Positions 22,960 through 34,700 of a stretch of DNA of 64,000 nucleotides are shown piece by piece. The notes beneath the pieces are model-generated. The model did no database searches, was not told where the DNA came from, and saw only the letters and a program-made list of their open reading frames with translations. The DNA lies in assembly GCA_038087875.1 (NCBI GenBank), contig JAXLNO010000061.1, forward strand, positions 62,001-126,000, read 5' to 3'. Positions within the stretch are counted from its first letter, which is position 1, and each line of letters opens with the position of its first letter. Position numbers and translations under genes: made by a program. This DNA is from Malacoraja senta (taxonomy: Eukaryota).

Positions 22960-23870
22960 AGACCATTCGGCCCTTTGAACCAGCACCGCCATTCAATATG
23001 ATCATGGCTGATCATCCACACTCAGTACCCGTTTCTGCCTGCTCCGCATATCCCTTGACTCAGCTAACTTTAAGAGCTCTATCTTACTCTCTCTTGAATG
23101 CATCCAGAGAATCGGCCTCCAGTGCCTTCTGAGGCAGAGAATTCCGCAGATTCACAACTCTCTGGGTGAAAAAAGTCCTAATCTCCGTTCTAAATGGCCT
23201 ACCCCTTATTCTTAAATTGTGGCCCCTGTTTCTGGACTCCCCCAACATCGGGAACATGTTTTGTGCATCTAGCATGTCCAATCCCTTAATAATCTGAAAA
23301 TGTTTCAATAGGATCCCCTCTCAACCTTCTAAATTTCAGTGAATACAAGCCCAGTCGTTCCTTTCTTTCAAAATATGACAGTCCCGTCATCCTGGGAATT
23401 GACCTAGTGAACCTACGCTGCACTCTCTCAATAGCAAGAACTTCCTTCCTCAGATCCCCTTTTCCTAACTTGACACCATTCAGATAATAATCTGCCTTCC
23501 TGTTTTTGCAACCAAATTAGATAACCTCACATTTACCACATTAAAATGCATCTGCCCACTCACACAACCTGTCCAAGTCACCCTGCATTCCTCCTCAGCT
23601 GCCACCCAGCTTTGTGTCATCTGCAAGTTTGCTAATGTTACTTTTAATCCCTTCATCTAAATCATTAATGTATATTGTAAATAGCTGCGGTCCCAGCACC
23701 AAGCCTTGCAGTACCCCACTAGCCACTGCCTGAGTTTCTGAAAGGGACCCCTTAATCCCTACTCTTTGTTCCCTGTCTGCCCACAAATTTTCTATCAATG
23801 TGAGTACCCCACCCCCAATACCATGTGTTGTAATTTTGCCCACTATTCTCCTATGTGGGACCTTATCATG
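22960..23870 (-). mobile_element. CR1 LINE fragments with internal deletions
   Basis: ORFs 23084..23308 and 23595..23915 (SGVLQGLVLGP, LADDTK). Confidence 0.9.
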
Positions 23871-24268
23871 GGATGATGGTCTGCGTTTAAAACAATGCAG
23901 AAACAACGACACCAAGCATCCATTCAGTGTAATGTTCAGCGTTTTCCTTGTGATTTAATCATTTCATTTTGTTTAAGTTATGGTGCTACCAATTCCACAT
24001 TTTGGATACTACATTGGGTTAGGTTTATTTTAATAGAGAGGCAAACAGTACTCCTCTTCCAGTGCCCTCAGTCCGATTGAATTTATATTGCCCCACAACC
24101 CCTAAATGTGCTTTCCAGACACTTATCACTCTCTGTGTAAAAGCATTGCCCCGCACACATCCTTTAAACTTTCCCTCTCTCACGTTAAAGCCATAATCTG
24201 TCATCTATGACAACTCCATCCTGGGAAAATGATTCTGACTCTCCTATCTAAGCCTCATAATTATATAT

Positions 24269-24363
24269 TGTGGCGCCGCCCGGTGGTTAGGCCACTTGTA
24301 TTCGAACCTTGGCAGTTGGGGGTAGGGTCACGTGACTGGGTAATGACGGGAAGCAGTTGTCAC
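24269..24363 (+). mobile_element. LTR 5' fragment related to the LTR at 60135-60358
   Basis: TGTGGCGCCGCCCGGTGGTTAGGCCACTT resembles TGTGGCACCACCTGGTGGTTAGGGCACTT (minus strand from 60358). Confidence 0.5.
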
Positions 24364-24972
24364 CAAAGATTATAGAGGAGCAAGATAGACCACTCCTCCG
24401 AAATCCAATGGACTGACGTATAGTACGGAACGGAACGTCACAGCCGCCATTTGTTTATGCCAAACGCGACATCTTTGGTAGCGGGGACGGACTCCACAGT
24501 AATACAATCTGCTCTTACATCAGGTCGCAGGGAAGAGCAAAGATACTAGAGGCTCCTCTAGTATCTTTGGGGGAAGAGGACGTTTCCTCCACTCCTGAGT
24601 TGATCCAGGACTGATTCTCGGTCCCCCCGATACCAGATAAAGGCGGCCAGCCGGCACCAGGCTCTCTGTCCGGCGGGAGAGTCTCAAGCGTCTGCCCACG
24701 GTCGGCGCTCCCGAGGCAGCGGGCAATGCTCTAGTATCTTTGGTGTAATCCGTTCCAAAGATTGATCCGCTCTATCATCTTTGGTGTTATCAGTGTTGTA
24801 GGGAACAGTGTTTTATATAGCATCTATCACTTCACATATTTAGTTAATATTATTGTAAATTTTATTAATATTATTGTAAATTGCAGCCCAATAAAATGGC
24901 GTCGACAATCACCCATGTCATACTACGCTTTTTTCGCAGAGTGACGCATCTTGCTCTGCCCTATAAACTTTG
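24364..24972. mobile_element. Cluster of CAAAGAT-TIR non-autonomous elements, including a 32-bp hairpin at 24538-24569
   Basis: CAAAG starts at 24364, 24538, 24756 and CTTTG ends at 24477, 24569, 24742, 24783, 24972. The hairpin is flanked by GGGAAGAG, with one extra G on the right. Confidence 0.7.
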
Positions 24973-25494
24973 GTATACAGGGCCGGCCTTAGGAGGTGCG
25001 GGGCCCAATTGTGGAGAATTAAGGGACAGAAGTTTAGGGGTCCCAATTTTGGTGAGCCCCAGGTTCCCAGCTAAGATCTGTAGAATCATAGAAATATAAA
25101 TAAAGTCTATTATAGACTTTATATCTCTATGTTAGAATGGAAAGTAATCAAAATGTGCGCTTAAAAAGTGCCTGCGAGTTAATGGACCAAACAGATCTAA
25201 GCTACATTTTAAATATAAAATTGCATGCAAGCCTACAAGTACCAAACAAAATGTTTAGATCACCTCTGAAAAGTACATAGTTACAATACTTGTTTTTGTG
25301 ACTGAAATGAAAAAAAAGTAATTTAATTAACTAGATCCTGGAAAACCAATAACTATTGGCAAAAAACCAGTCCAGGCATTAAATTTTGGGCTTCAGCCCC
25401 ATCCTACCCTTTGAGCTTCTACCCCATCCTAACTTAGTTGTGTGTGTGTATTATTTGTGTGTGTGTTAGTTGTTTGTGCGTGATGTGTGTGTTT

Positions 25495-25830
25495 AGGGGT
25501 CACATGAGGGGGAACATCTTTACTCAGAGAGTGGTAGCTGTGTAGAATGAGCTTCCAGTGGAAGTGGTGGAGGCAGGTTAGATTTTATCATTTAAAAATA
25601 AATTGGATAAGTATATGGACGGGAAAGGAATGGAGGGTTATGGTCTGAGTGCAGGTAGATGGGACTAGGTGAGAGTAAGTGTTCGGCACGGACTAGAAGG
25701 GCCGAGATGGCCTGTTTCAGTGCTGTAATTGTTATATGGTTATATGGTTATATTTAAAGACTTCTATCAAGTCCCCCCCTAACCTTCTGCGCTCCAAAGA
25801 ATAAAGACCTAACTTGTTCAACCTTTCTCC
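25495..25830 (+). mobile_element. CR1 3' end with (ATATGGTT)n tail followed by a short inverted CR1 piece
   Basis: Matches the 7.2-7.7 kb copy; 25753-25830 is in the opposite orientation. Confidence 0.85.
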
Positions 25831-26639
25831 GTATGCCACGGCCTTCCACGGTGCAGGGTCACCTTTTACCACCGCTTTGTACCAGAGCCGGATTTACATA
25901 TAGGGTTCAGAGGCTGAAGCCTAGGGCCTCGAGATTTATGGGACCTCAGCCTCGCTCCGCCAAGGTGTATAATATTTTTGACATAGTGGTGTTGTCACAA
26001 AACCTACCATCGGTGGCACTGTGCCATAGTGGCGTTATTACAAAACCTACCATCAGTGGTGGGGGGGGGGGGGGGGGTTGTATTCGTTGTCGGAGAGGAA
26101 TAGTAAGATTAAACAATAACTTACCAGTTTGAAGTTTGATCTTTATTTTATGAGGAGATACGTTGAGCGATTACGTGAAGAAGCCCCGCCTGTCCGCACG
26201 CGCGTCAATCTTCAAAGCAGCGGTGTGAAATCACAGATAATAGTAGTCGAAGTAACATAGTAAGACTTAGAGAAGACTAGAACTACCGAGTGATCTTTAT
26301 TAGAGAGGGTTGGGAGTGGTGGGCACGTAATCGCTCAACGTAACTCCTCATAAAATAAAGATCAAACTTCAAACTGGTAAGTTCTTGTTTAATCTTATTA
26401 TTTTACTTCGGAGTCACGTGAGTGATTCTGTGAAGATTTCAAAGCTCTGTGATTTCATGCCGTGGATACAAGACCATACGACACACTGCCTCAGTTGACT
26501 CAGGATGAATAAATAATGCATTCAAACATAATTCAAACTTACACATGTTAATGCTTTAATAAGAAAAAGAAACAATAACGACCCCTCTCTCCCAAGGGGA
26601 AGCTACAAAACAGAACTTAAAATAGAGTGCCCAAATACT

Positions 26640-27586
26640 CCCGGCGTGAGAACAGGTTTATTATAAAACCGTTGAAATGTCCCTTCTTTGGACCATCATG
26701 TGGCCCCGAGGATTTGGTCTAAAGGGACGTCCAGTGCCCTTGCTGCCGATGTTGATGCCACCCTAGTGGAGTGAGATTTATAAACATCAGTGTCCACTCT
26801 GGCACAACTCAAAACTTGTTTCAGCCACCTAGAAATGGTCTGTACCGACACCTTCTTATGAGTTTCTTTGTGACAGATGAGCATTGTAATTTTGGAGCCT
26901 CTAAGGCTCTTGGTGACCTTGATAGACTGCAGTACGTGCGTAACTACACATAGCCGTATGTCTTTGGGATATGCCATAAAACTCAGTTTAATCCCTGACG
27001 TCCCTGACCTGCTCTGTTTGATTAAATCATAAACATAAAATGTAATGTTATTTACAGAAGAAACCATACTGTCCAGTCGTAGCTTTTGCAACGTCTGGAC
27101 ACGTTGCGCTGAAATGAGCGCCATGAGCATGACTACTTTAAGAGTGAGTCTTTGCAAAGACAGAGATGTAATTGGAGCCCATTGCCGAAGTAGTGTGAGA
27201 ACTACACTCACATCCCAGATCTCCGAATACCTAGGCGTCGGAGGATTATAGTTAAAAAGACCCTTCATGAATCAGGATACTAATGGATGAGACCCAACAG
27301 AGAGTTGTCCCAATCCCTGCCATAGATAGGACGATAAGGCACTCCTGGCACTATTAATGGCACTATAACTCAGTCGCTCATCAAAATATAAAGTGGCAAG
27401 GAACTCCAACACATCAGGTATGCTTGCAGTGTGATACGATATGTTTGACTGCAAGCAGAAGATCTCCCATTTCTTGATATAATATACGTGTTGTTTCTTA
27501 GTACTATCCCTCCAGGCCGCAGTAATCACATCCACCATACGACCTGATAGTCCGAGCCCCAGGAACGGTCTCGTCAGAATCTGCAA
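26640..27586 (-). CDS. DIRS tyrosine recombinase (frameshifted; ORFs 27272..27586 and 26696..27268)
   Basis: LSYSAINSARSALS, SAQRVQTL, LCVV, ISRWLK, HSTR. Confidence 0.88.
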
Positions 27587-27939
27587 ACCAATAGATTAAT
27601 ACGATCATGTAAAGGATGACTCTCCCCTGTCACAGGGTGAAGCAGCAGATTGCTGCATTTGGGGACAACCATAAAAGGCTCTGTGACCAGTCTAAGAACG
27701 AGTGGGAACCATGGTTGTGTAGGCCAGTCGGGGACTACCAAAACGCCTGAGGCGGAGTCCTGCTCAATCTTAATCAGGCAACGACTAATGAGACAAAATG
27801 GAGGAAATGCATACAAGAACATTTCACCCCAGAATAGCGAGAATGCATCTACCGCTACTGCCCCTGGGTCTGGCTCCCATGAAACATACTTTGGTAACTG
27901 GTGATTTAATCTGGATGCAAACAAATCAATATCTGGCAA
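27574..27939 (-). CDS. DIRS methyltransferase-like (Dam-like) domain
   Basis: DIDLFASRLN, VDAFSLFW, YAFPPF, VPDWPTQPW, typical of the DIRS MT domain. Confidence 0.85.
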   Translation of the reverse strand: MPDIDLFASRLNHQLPKYVSWEPDPGAVAVDAFSLFWGEMFLYAFPPFCLISRCLIKIEQDSASGVLVVPDWPTQPWFPLVLRLVTEPFMVVPKCSNLLLHPVTGESHPLHDRINLLVCRF

Positions 27940-27972
27940 ACCATACCGGGCGACAACATCATTAAATATTTA

Positions 27973-28531
27973 TTCGCCGCTCCGGAGTGCTGTGACCGCC
28001 GACCACCAACATCGAGTCTGCGGTCTGCGGTCTGCGGTTTGAGGGCATCCTGCTGCGGGCGGGCGGCGCTGGATCATAAACACCGCGGAGTCGAAGCTCC
28101 AACCGGCGCGGCCTGAAAACTACGGGCGTCGCAGTCTCCGGGGAAGGAACGGCCGTTCCAGCACCTTCAAGGCTGCTGAGGACTTTTCCACCCAATGGAA
28201 CACAATGGAACACCCACGGTATTCCAGCTTCCTATAATCATTGGGCTGCCATTGCGGCGACTGGCTGCGGTGGCCTCAAACTGGCCCCGACCTCGGGTGG
28301 ACTAGGAGGAGGATGAGGACTGGACATTTTAGTGCCTTCCCTCACAGTGGAGAGTGTAGATTCTGCTGTGGGGGATGTTCGTGTTGAATCTCTTCTAGTG
28401 TGCTGTGTCATTTTTTTCTACCTCTTTCTATTATTTATATGGATAATTTTCTCTGTAAAGCACTTTGGCTTCTTTGATTGAAATTGATTGAAAAGTGCTA
28501 TATAAATAAGTTTACTTTACTTTACTTTACT
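27973..28531 (+). mobile_element. GC-rich non-autonomous retroposon with L2-type tail, inserted in DIRS
   Basis: Tail GTAAAGCACTTTG...AAAAGTGCTATATAAATAA plus (TTTAC)n; TSD ATATTTA at 27966-27972 and 28532-28538. Confidence 0.75.
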
Positions 28532-28543
28532 ATATTTACAGAT

Positions 28544-29782
28544 TCAACACTCTGTGTTGTCATTGAATTTTCGTGACCTGGTGTCACCCGGTAAGTAGAT
28601 AGCTGAAATCCAGATGTTTCTTGCAATACACCAATGCCAAATATGGTTAACTAGCTTATCACATGATAGCGACTTGATTCCACCCATGTGATTGACGTAT
28701 GCAACTGCTGTAGTATTATCAATCTGCAGCTGAACATGCAAATCATGCATAGTAGAACAATACGCCTTTAAGCCATAGAATCCTCCCAGCAACTCTAAAT
28801 AATTAATACCATGCGCCTGAAGAATTAATGCCTCATGCACATTCCATCTGCCCCCGCAGCTAGAATTGGTATCAGTAGCTTCCCATCCCAAGGCACTAAC
28901 ATCAGTCTGTAAGACAATTGAAGGTTGATCAATCAGAATTTTGCTACAGCAACGCGAAACATTCGTTATCCACCACTGTAACTCAGTAATGGCTTCAACT
29001 GGCAACCGCATTAGTCTATTGAAATGACCTGCATGTGTTTTTAGTGCATGTTCTTTAGCACGTTGAAAATTTTGCAAATGTAAAGGCATAAATTGTACCC
29101 CAGGGAAAGCAGCCACTAATTTGCCAATTGCACTAGCCACCTGTCGAATGGAAGACTGTTTCTCATCAACAAGATTACTACAAGCTTCAATTAACTCTAA
29201 TCTCTTGCCTTTAGGCAGAGTCACTGACATGTGAGTTGAATTAATGGTGAATCCCAAATAATCAATGATTCTAGATGGTATCAATTTGGATTTAGCTGGA
29301 TGGATAAGAAACACCAACCTCTGAAACATACGTTTAGTAGCTGAAAAATGTAATTCAGCTGATTCCCGAGTCTTGCCTATGAATAGAACATCATCCAAAT
29401 AAGCCATCACAATATGATTCTGAGCCCGGAGTAAGCCCAATACCGGTTTCAATAACTTTGTAAATAGTCTAGGAGCTGAGGTTAACTCATTAGGCAACGC
29501 TTTAAACTGCCACAATTGTCTCATCCAGCTAAATTTCAAATATCTCCGGTGCTGGTAATGAATCGGTACTGAATAATACGCATCTTTCAGATCTATACAT
29601 GCCAAATAGCATCCTTTGGAAACCAGTCGTTTAGCAGTAACAAAAGTTTCCATTTTGAAATGTTTATACTGGACATAGGAGTTAAGTCTAGTTAGATCAA
29701 GAATGATTCGACACCCACCATCCTTCTTTTGTCTTGGAAATATATTAGTCACAAATTGGTGAGATTGATGAACCGACCTCAA
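28544..29782 (-). CDS. DIRS reverse transcriptase / RNase H
   Basis: RIILDL, IDLKDAY, SAPRLFTK, AYLDDVL, LQTDVS, INYLEL, IDNTTAVAYVNHMGG. Confidence 0.92.
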   Translation of the reverse strand: MRSVHQSHQFVTNIFPRQKKDGGCRIILDLTRLNSYVQYKHFKMETFVTAKRLVSKGCYLACIDLKDAYYSVPIHYQHRRYLKFSWMRQLWQFKALPNELTSAPRLFTKLLKPVLGLLRAQNHIVMAYLDDVLFIGKTRESAELHFSATKRMFQRLVFLIHPAKSKLIPSRIIDYLGFTINSTHMSVTLPKGKRLELIEACSNLVDEKQSSIRQVASAIGKLVAAFPGVQFMPLHLQNFQRAKEHALKTHAGHFNRLMRLPVEAITELQWWITNVSRCCSKILIDQPSIVLQTDVSALGWEATDTNSSCGGRWNVHEALILQAHGINYLELLGGFYGLKAYCSTMHDLHVQLQIDNTTAVAYVNHMGGIKSLSCDKLVNHIWHWCIARNIWISAIYLPGDTRSRKFNDNTEC

Positions 29783-31784
29783 TTACCCCTTTTTGAAGTA
29801 ACGTTTCAATTTCAGCTTTTACCTGTAAAGACTCTTGTTGTGAAAAAAACAATGTCCGCCTTGGTGTATGTTGTGTAGGTGGACGCAATTTGAAAATAAA
29901 CTCAATTCGGAACCCCTGAATACTGTCCAGCATAAACAAATCTGATGTTATGCAGCACCATTCATCGAAGAACAAATGCAATCTTCCCCCAACTTGTGAC
30001 TGATCCATATATGACCTGTCCTGAACAGAACGAGATCCACCTACCTCCATAGTCGTCGGTGGATACTTTTGCCTCCGAGTTCTGGAGGGAATGAATGTTG
30101 GCATACACCAATTGCGCACGGATGGCAAAGCCCGGCTTGGTCCTTGACCCGAACCAGCCTCAGTGAACCGTCTATAAGGGTGCAACCTTCGAAACGGAAT
30201 TTTACCAGTCGGCTGAGCTTTAATGAGACCGCCAGTCTTTGCCTCATCATCAAGGTCTCTGACCTGTATGGACAGATCCTCACCGAACAGCAGGTTCGGT
30301 GGCTGAACATTGCTTGTTTTGCACAAAGCTGCAAATTTTGGATTCAGAGTTGGCCGTATAGCACTCTTCCTGTGACAATTCAACTCAAAATGTGCATTGC
30401 ACAAAAGGGCCAATGCATCTTGCTGAACCTCAGACACGGGCACCCCATCGACCGATCTTGCAAAGGCAGTAATGCCCGACCCAAGCAGCTTTGGGATCTT
30501 TTTGAGCATTAATTCTTGGGCTCTAATGCTTGCACCCATGTGCCCCCAGATGGCATGATTTACTGTAGGCACCTTGATTGAGGCACAGTTAGCGGGTGTC
30601 TCATATTTCTTCGCCGTTTCCTCCATCGTCAACTCTAGCAACTGATGGGAGACCATGTAATTAATGGTTCTAGCCAGGTCATCTTCCAATGGCTCACCTG
30701 TCCCAGTTGATATGGCGAATTTTGATGCCATGCCTGGCACCCCTGGTTCTTGGTTTCCGTGCCTTGGGGTATGCTGCTCTGCAAAACCTCCAAATTCAGG
30801 GTCAGAACAAAACTGCCCGGTAAGCTCACCTCCTCCTTGGGGGCCCTTGTACAGGCGCTGCTGCCATGGGCCCCCAAGAAGACCCGCGGATATAAGGCTC
30901 CTCTTCATGGAGCAGATCTTCCCAATACAGTCCCTGAACAGAGGCTGCTGCCACAGGCCCATGGAGTGACCCACGAATATAAAGCTCCTCCTGGAGCATG
31001 TCGTGATGGAGCATCCTCTCCATCAGGTGCTCCATCTTTGCCAGACGTCCATAGACGTCGCTCCTAGTGGGAGGTGAATCTTCCTGGCCCGACTCATCAG
31101 AGTCCACGGGCCTTACTGATTTCTCAGTGGCGTTCCTACCCACAGTGCTCCCAGTCGGCACCGGAATAAGTGCTGCTAGCCGTGCTGCCAGAGGTGAAAT
31201 GGGCGCCCGCCCGCTACCCGCACTCCCGCGGTCTTCTGCAGCTGTTTTACCGGCGGCACGCCTCACCCTTCCCCTGCTCCCTCCTGTAAAGAAGACTCAC
31301 AGACCGCAAAAGACGACCACAGCGAAAGTTTTAAAACTTACCTGCGGGTTTTTTACTTACCGCTGGTGGAGCTGCGCCCTGCCAGCCCGTCGTTTGCGCC
31401 ATACGTCAGACGTGATGACGCACGTGCGGACAGGCGGGGCTTCTTCACGGAATCACTCACGTGACTCCGAAGTAAAATTTGCTCGGACTTCTACTCAAAG
31501 ATACTACCTGGTGAAGAAAATCTGTTCTACGATTGCGCTCCCATTTCTGCTGGATTGAAGTTAAACGTGACTAAAAATGCCTTCAACGCCTTCAACATCA
31601 CGGCTCGCAAGTGCAGGACAAAACAAAAGGTATGTCGTTTATTTAAGATATTTTCTTGTTTTTTGTTGTGGCTTCATTATAATCTGCTGATGTGGAAAAT
31701 GTCGAGTGGTGGTGGCAGCCTTGCCTGCAGCTGTTCATTGTTCACCCTTTTTATATTTTTAGTTTGTTAAAAAGTTTTGTTCTG

Positions 31785-34700
31785 ACTTCCGGTGGTGCCA
31801 TGTTGGACTAACAGACGTCCACCTAGCTCCTCTCCCGAAAAATTTCACGATTTTTCGTGTAAAACGGGTCCAAAAATCGGGATTGTTTTTTAAAACCTTA
31901 CCGGAGCTTCTGGTCGCCGCGCTGATGACGTCATCATTAAGCGCAATGTTTTAAACGGTGGTTTGAAGCCCTTTAAATGAGTAAACTGTCCCCAGCTGTG
32001 AGCCCTCAGAGAGCAGTGAAAAAGCTGCTGAAAGACCAGAAGAAGTCTGAAGCAGAAGTTACCTCTGAAGTCTCTGAAGTCTCTGAAGTGGCTGTAGAAA
32101 TGGATACAAGATCTAAGAAAGAGTTTGATGACTTGAAGAAATCAGTGAAAAATATGAAAGATGAGATTTTGGACGAAAATAAAATTATGATGGAAAATAT
32201 GAAGGAAAATATGAAGGAAGATAAGAAGGAAATGAAGGAAAATATGAAGGAAGATAAGAAGGAAATGAAGGAAAATATGGCAAAAATGATGGAAGGAATG
32301 GAGAAGATGATGAGGGAATTAAATGCTGGTAACCAGAAGAATATGATTGATTCACTGGACATTATGAATAAACGAATTGATGAGGTGAAAGATGGACTAT
32401 CAGAGAGAATGGACAAGATGGATGAAACTACTACGGATAAGTTCACGGCTGTGCTTGAAACAGTAGCTGCAAGTGTGCGCACAATTACGGAATTGGAGAA
32501 AAACACGGCTCGAATGGTTGAAGACATGGCGAAAATGAGGCAAGAACATGAGCAAATGAGGTGAGAAAACGAACAAACTTCACTAAAGATGGTGACTCAA
32601 CTGGAGAAAGTCTCAGTCAAATGCCTGGACCTGGAAGCTCGCTCTAGACGCCAGAATTTGAGAATTCTTGGAGTTTCAGAGGGAGCCGAAGGGGAGGATG
32701 TACGTGAGTTTGCCATGGGCTTGTTTAAACAACTGCTGAACCTTTCCAAAGAACCGAAAATCGAAGTGGCTCATTGTGTCCCAAGATTTACACAAAGATC
32801 TGGTGCGGGAAAAACTTATCCACGACATATTATTGTGAAATTTCGGGACATTTTAGAACTGGAAGATGTTATGAGTAAAATCAAATACCGGGTGCAACTG
32901 CGGCTGGACAATGACACTATTAAGATATTCAGGGACTACCCGTATGAAATTGTGCAAAAAAGAAACAAATTTGAGAAGGTTAAAGATCTTTTAAGAGGGA
33001 GAGAAGGGATCAGATTTGGAATTTTTTATCCCGCGAAAATGCGTATTTCCTTTAAGGGTATTGAAAAGTCATTTGTTGAGCCTGAAAATGCGTTTAAATA
33101 TGCTCAAACTATCGTTGAAAAATAGAAAGGAAAGGGAGGTTTGGCAGATCTGAACCATTTTAAGCAATGCTTTGTCTGGGGATAGTTACACTGTTATCTT
33201 TGGAATGTTGAATCAAGGACACTTTCTGTTCAAAACGAGTAAACAACTCAACAGATGGGAATGGTATATACCAGAAAGCATATAATTGCTTATTAGATTA
33301 TAATATTATAACCAATTGTAAGAACTTATCCTATTAACAACTTAATAAGTTATGCATGTTAGATTAGAATACTAATAAAAACAAAAATAAAAAATAACGA
33401 ACTAACATATTAATATGAATTTTTAATAAACTGAAATCCTATCTATAAGTGGGAGGAGGGGATGAGAAACGAGCAACTGGCTTAGGTCCAGGGGCACGTT
33501 TCGTTAACCCCTTCAACCAACAGTTGATTCTTATTGAAGTTAAAAGTATCGGTTTAATAATTAGCAGTTAAAATTCCGATATATATATATGTTATAATGA
33601 GGCCCCATTTTAATATTATAATATGTTATGATTAACCAAGATAGCGGAGCTATTTGTGTAACAACGCAATGGAAGTCAAAACAAGGTTCTTTCCCACCTA
33701 CAGGTGGGACACTCGCTACAGTGCCGACTATATCAGACACTGTATCTTCACTTTTTTAGGTTTTTTTTTATCACATAAAATCACTTGTTTGTGTTTTGTG
33801 TTTTGTGATAAGCGTAAAATGGACATACCAGCAAAACTTAAAAACACAAAAGCTCCTCCAATACGTAAAGACCTGGGATATGGATGCACCACAAGATTTA
33901 AAGGTACTATAATTATTCAAAATGCATGACACCACACAAAAGAACCTAGGAGGAATCTCATTTTGTAGTTGGAATATAAGAGGTATTAACGAACCTATTA
34001 AAAGGGGTAAGATACTAGCTCAGCTGAAATTGTACAACTCCGACATTACCTTCCTACAAGAAACACACCTAAAATCTCAGGATCAAGTTAGGTTGAGGGC
34101 GAAATGGATAGGTCAAACATACCATTCTTCATTTACTTCAAAATCTAGAGGCACGTCAATCATCATAAGAAAAGGTATACCATTTAAAGCAAAGAATATT
34201 ATAGAAGGGAGATACCTAATAGTTAATGGAAAAATCCATGACACTCCACTTACTTTGGTAAATATATATGCCCCTAACTTTGATAACCCCCACTTTTTCA
34301 ATAAAATGTTCAACATAATTGCAGAGTCAAACTATCAAAATGTTATAATAGGAGGAGAATTTAACTGTGTTTTAGATCCGTACTTAGATAAATCAAGTCA
34401 AAAACAGAGAGGGAATATGAAATCGAAAACTGGGGAACTTCTCAATACCTATATAAACAACACTAATATAGCAGATGTTTGGAGAATTGTTAATCCAACT
34501 GGCAGGGAATACTCGTTTTACTCAATGGTACATAAGACATACTCACGTATAGACTACTTTCTGCTGGATACAAAATTAATCCCCCAAACATCTAATGCAA
34601 TATACCACACAAACTCGATTTCAGACCATTCTCCACTAACTTTCTTTTTAAAACTGGAAGGATTGTCTAAGAATAAATCGTTTTGGAGACTTAATTCTCA

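Larger units (their letters stand above)
26099..31478 (-). mobile_element. DIRS1-like tyrosine-recombinase retrotransposon, structurally complete but frameshifted
   Basis: ITR (26174-26207 vs ~31416-31449); ICR 26324-26436 complementary to both ends; gag-like (29745..31266), RT/RNase H, methyltransferase-like and YR ORFs. Confidence 0.95.

Noticed and set aside
27574..27939. Methyltransferase plus recombinase plus RT as a bacterial-type defence system or horizontal transfer
   Set aside because: This combination is the standard DIRS1 layout.
32006..32527. 173-aa hydrophobic ORF suggesting a membrane protein
   Set aside because: Antisense shadow of the K/E/M-rich L1 ORF1.
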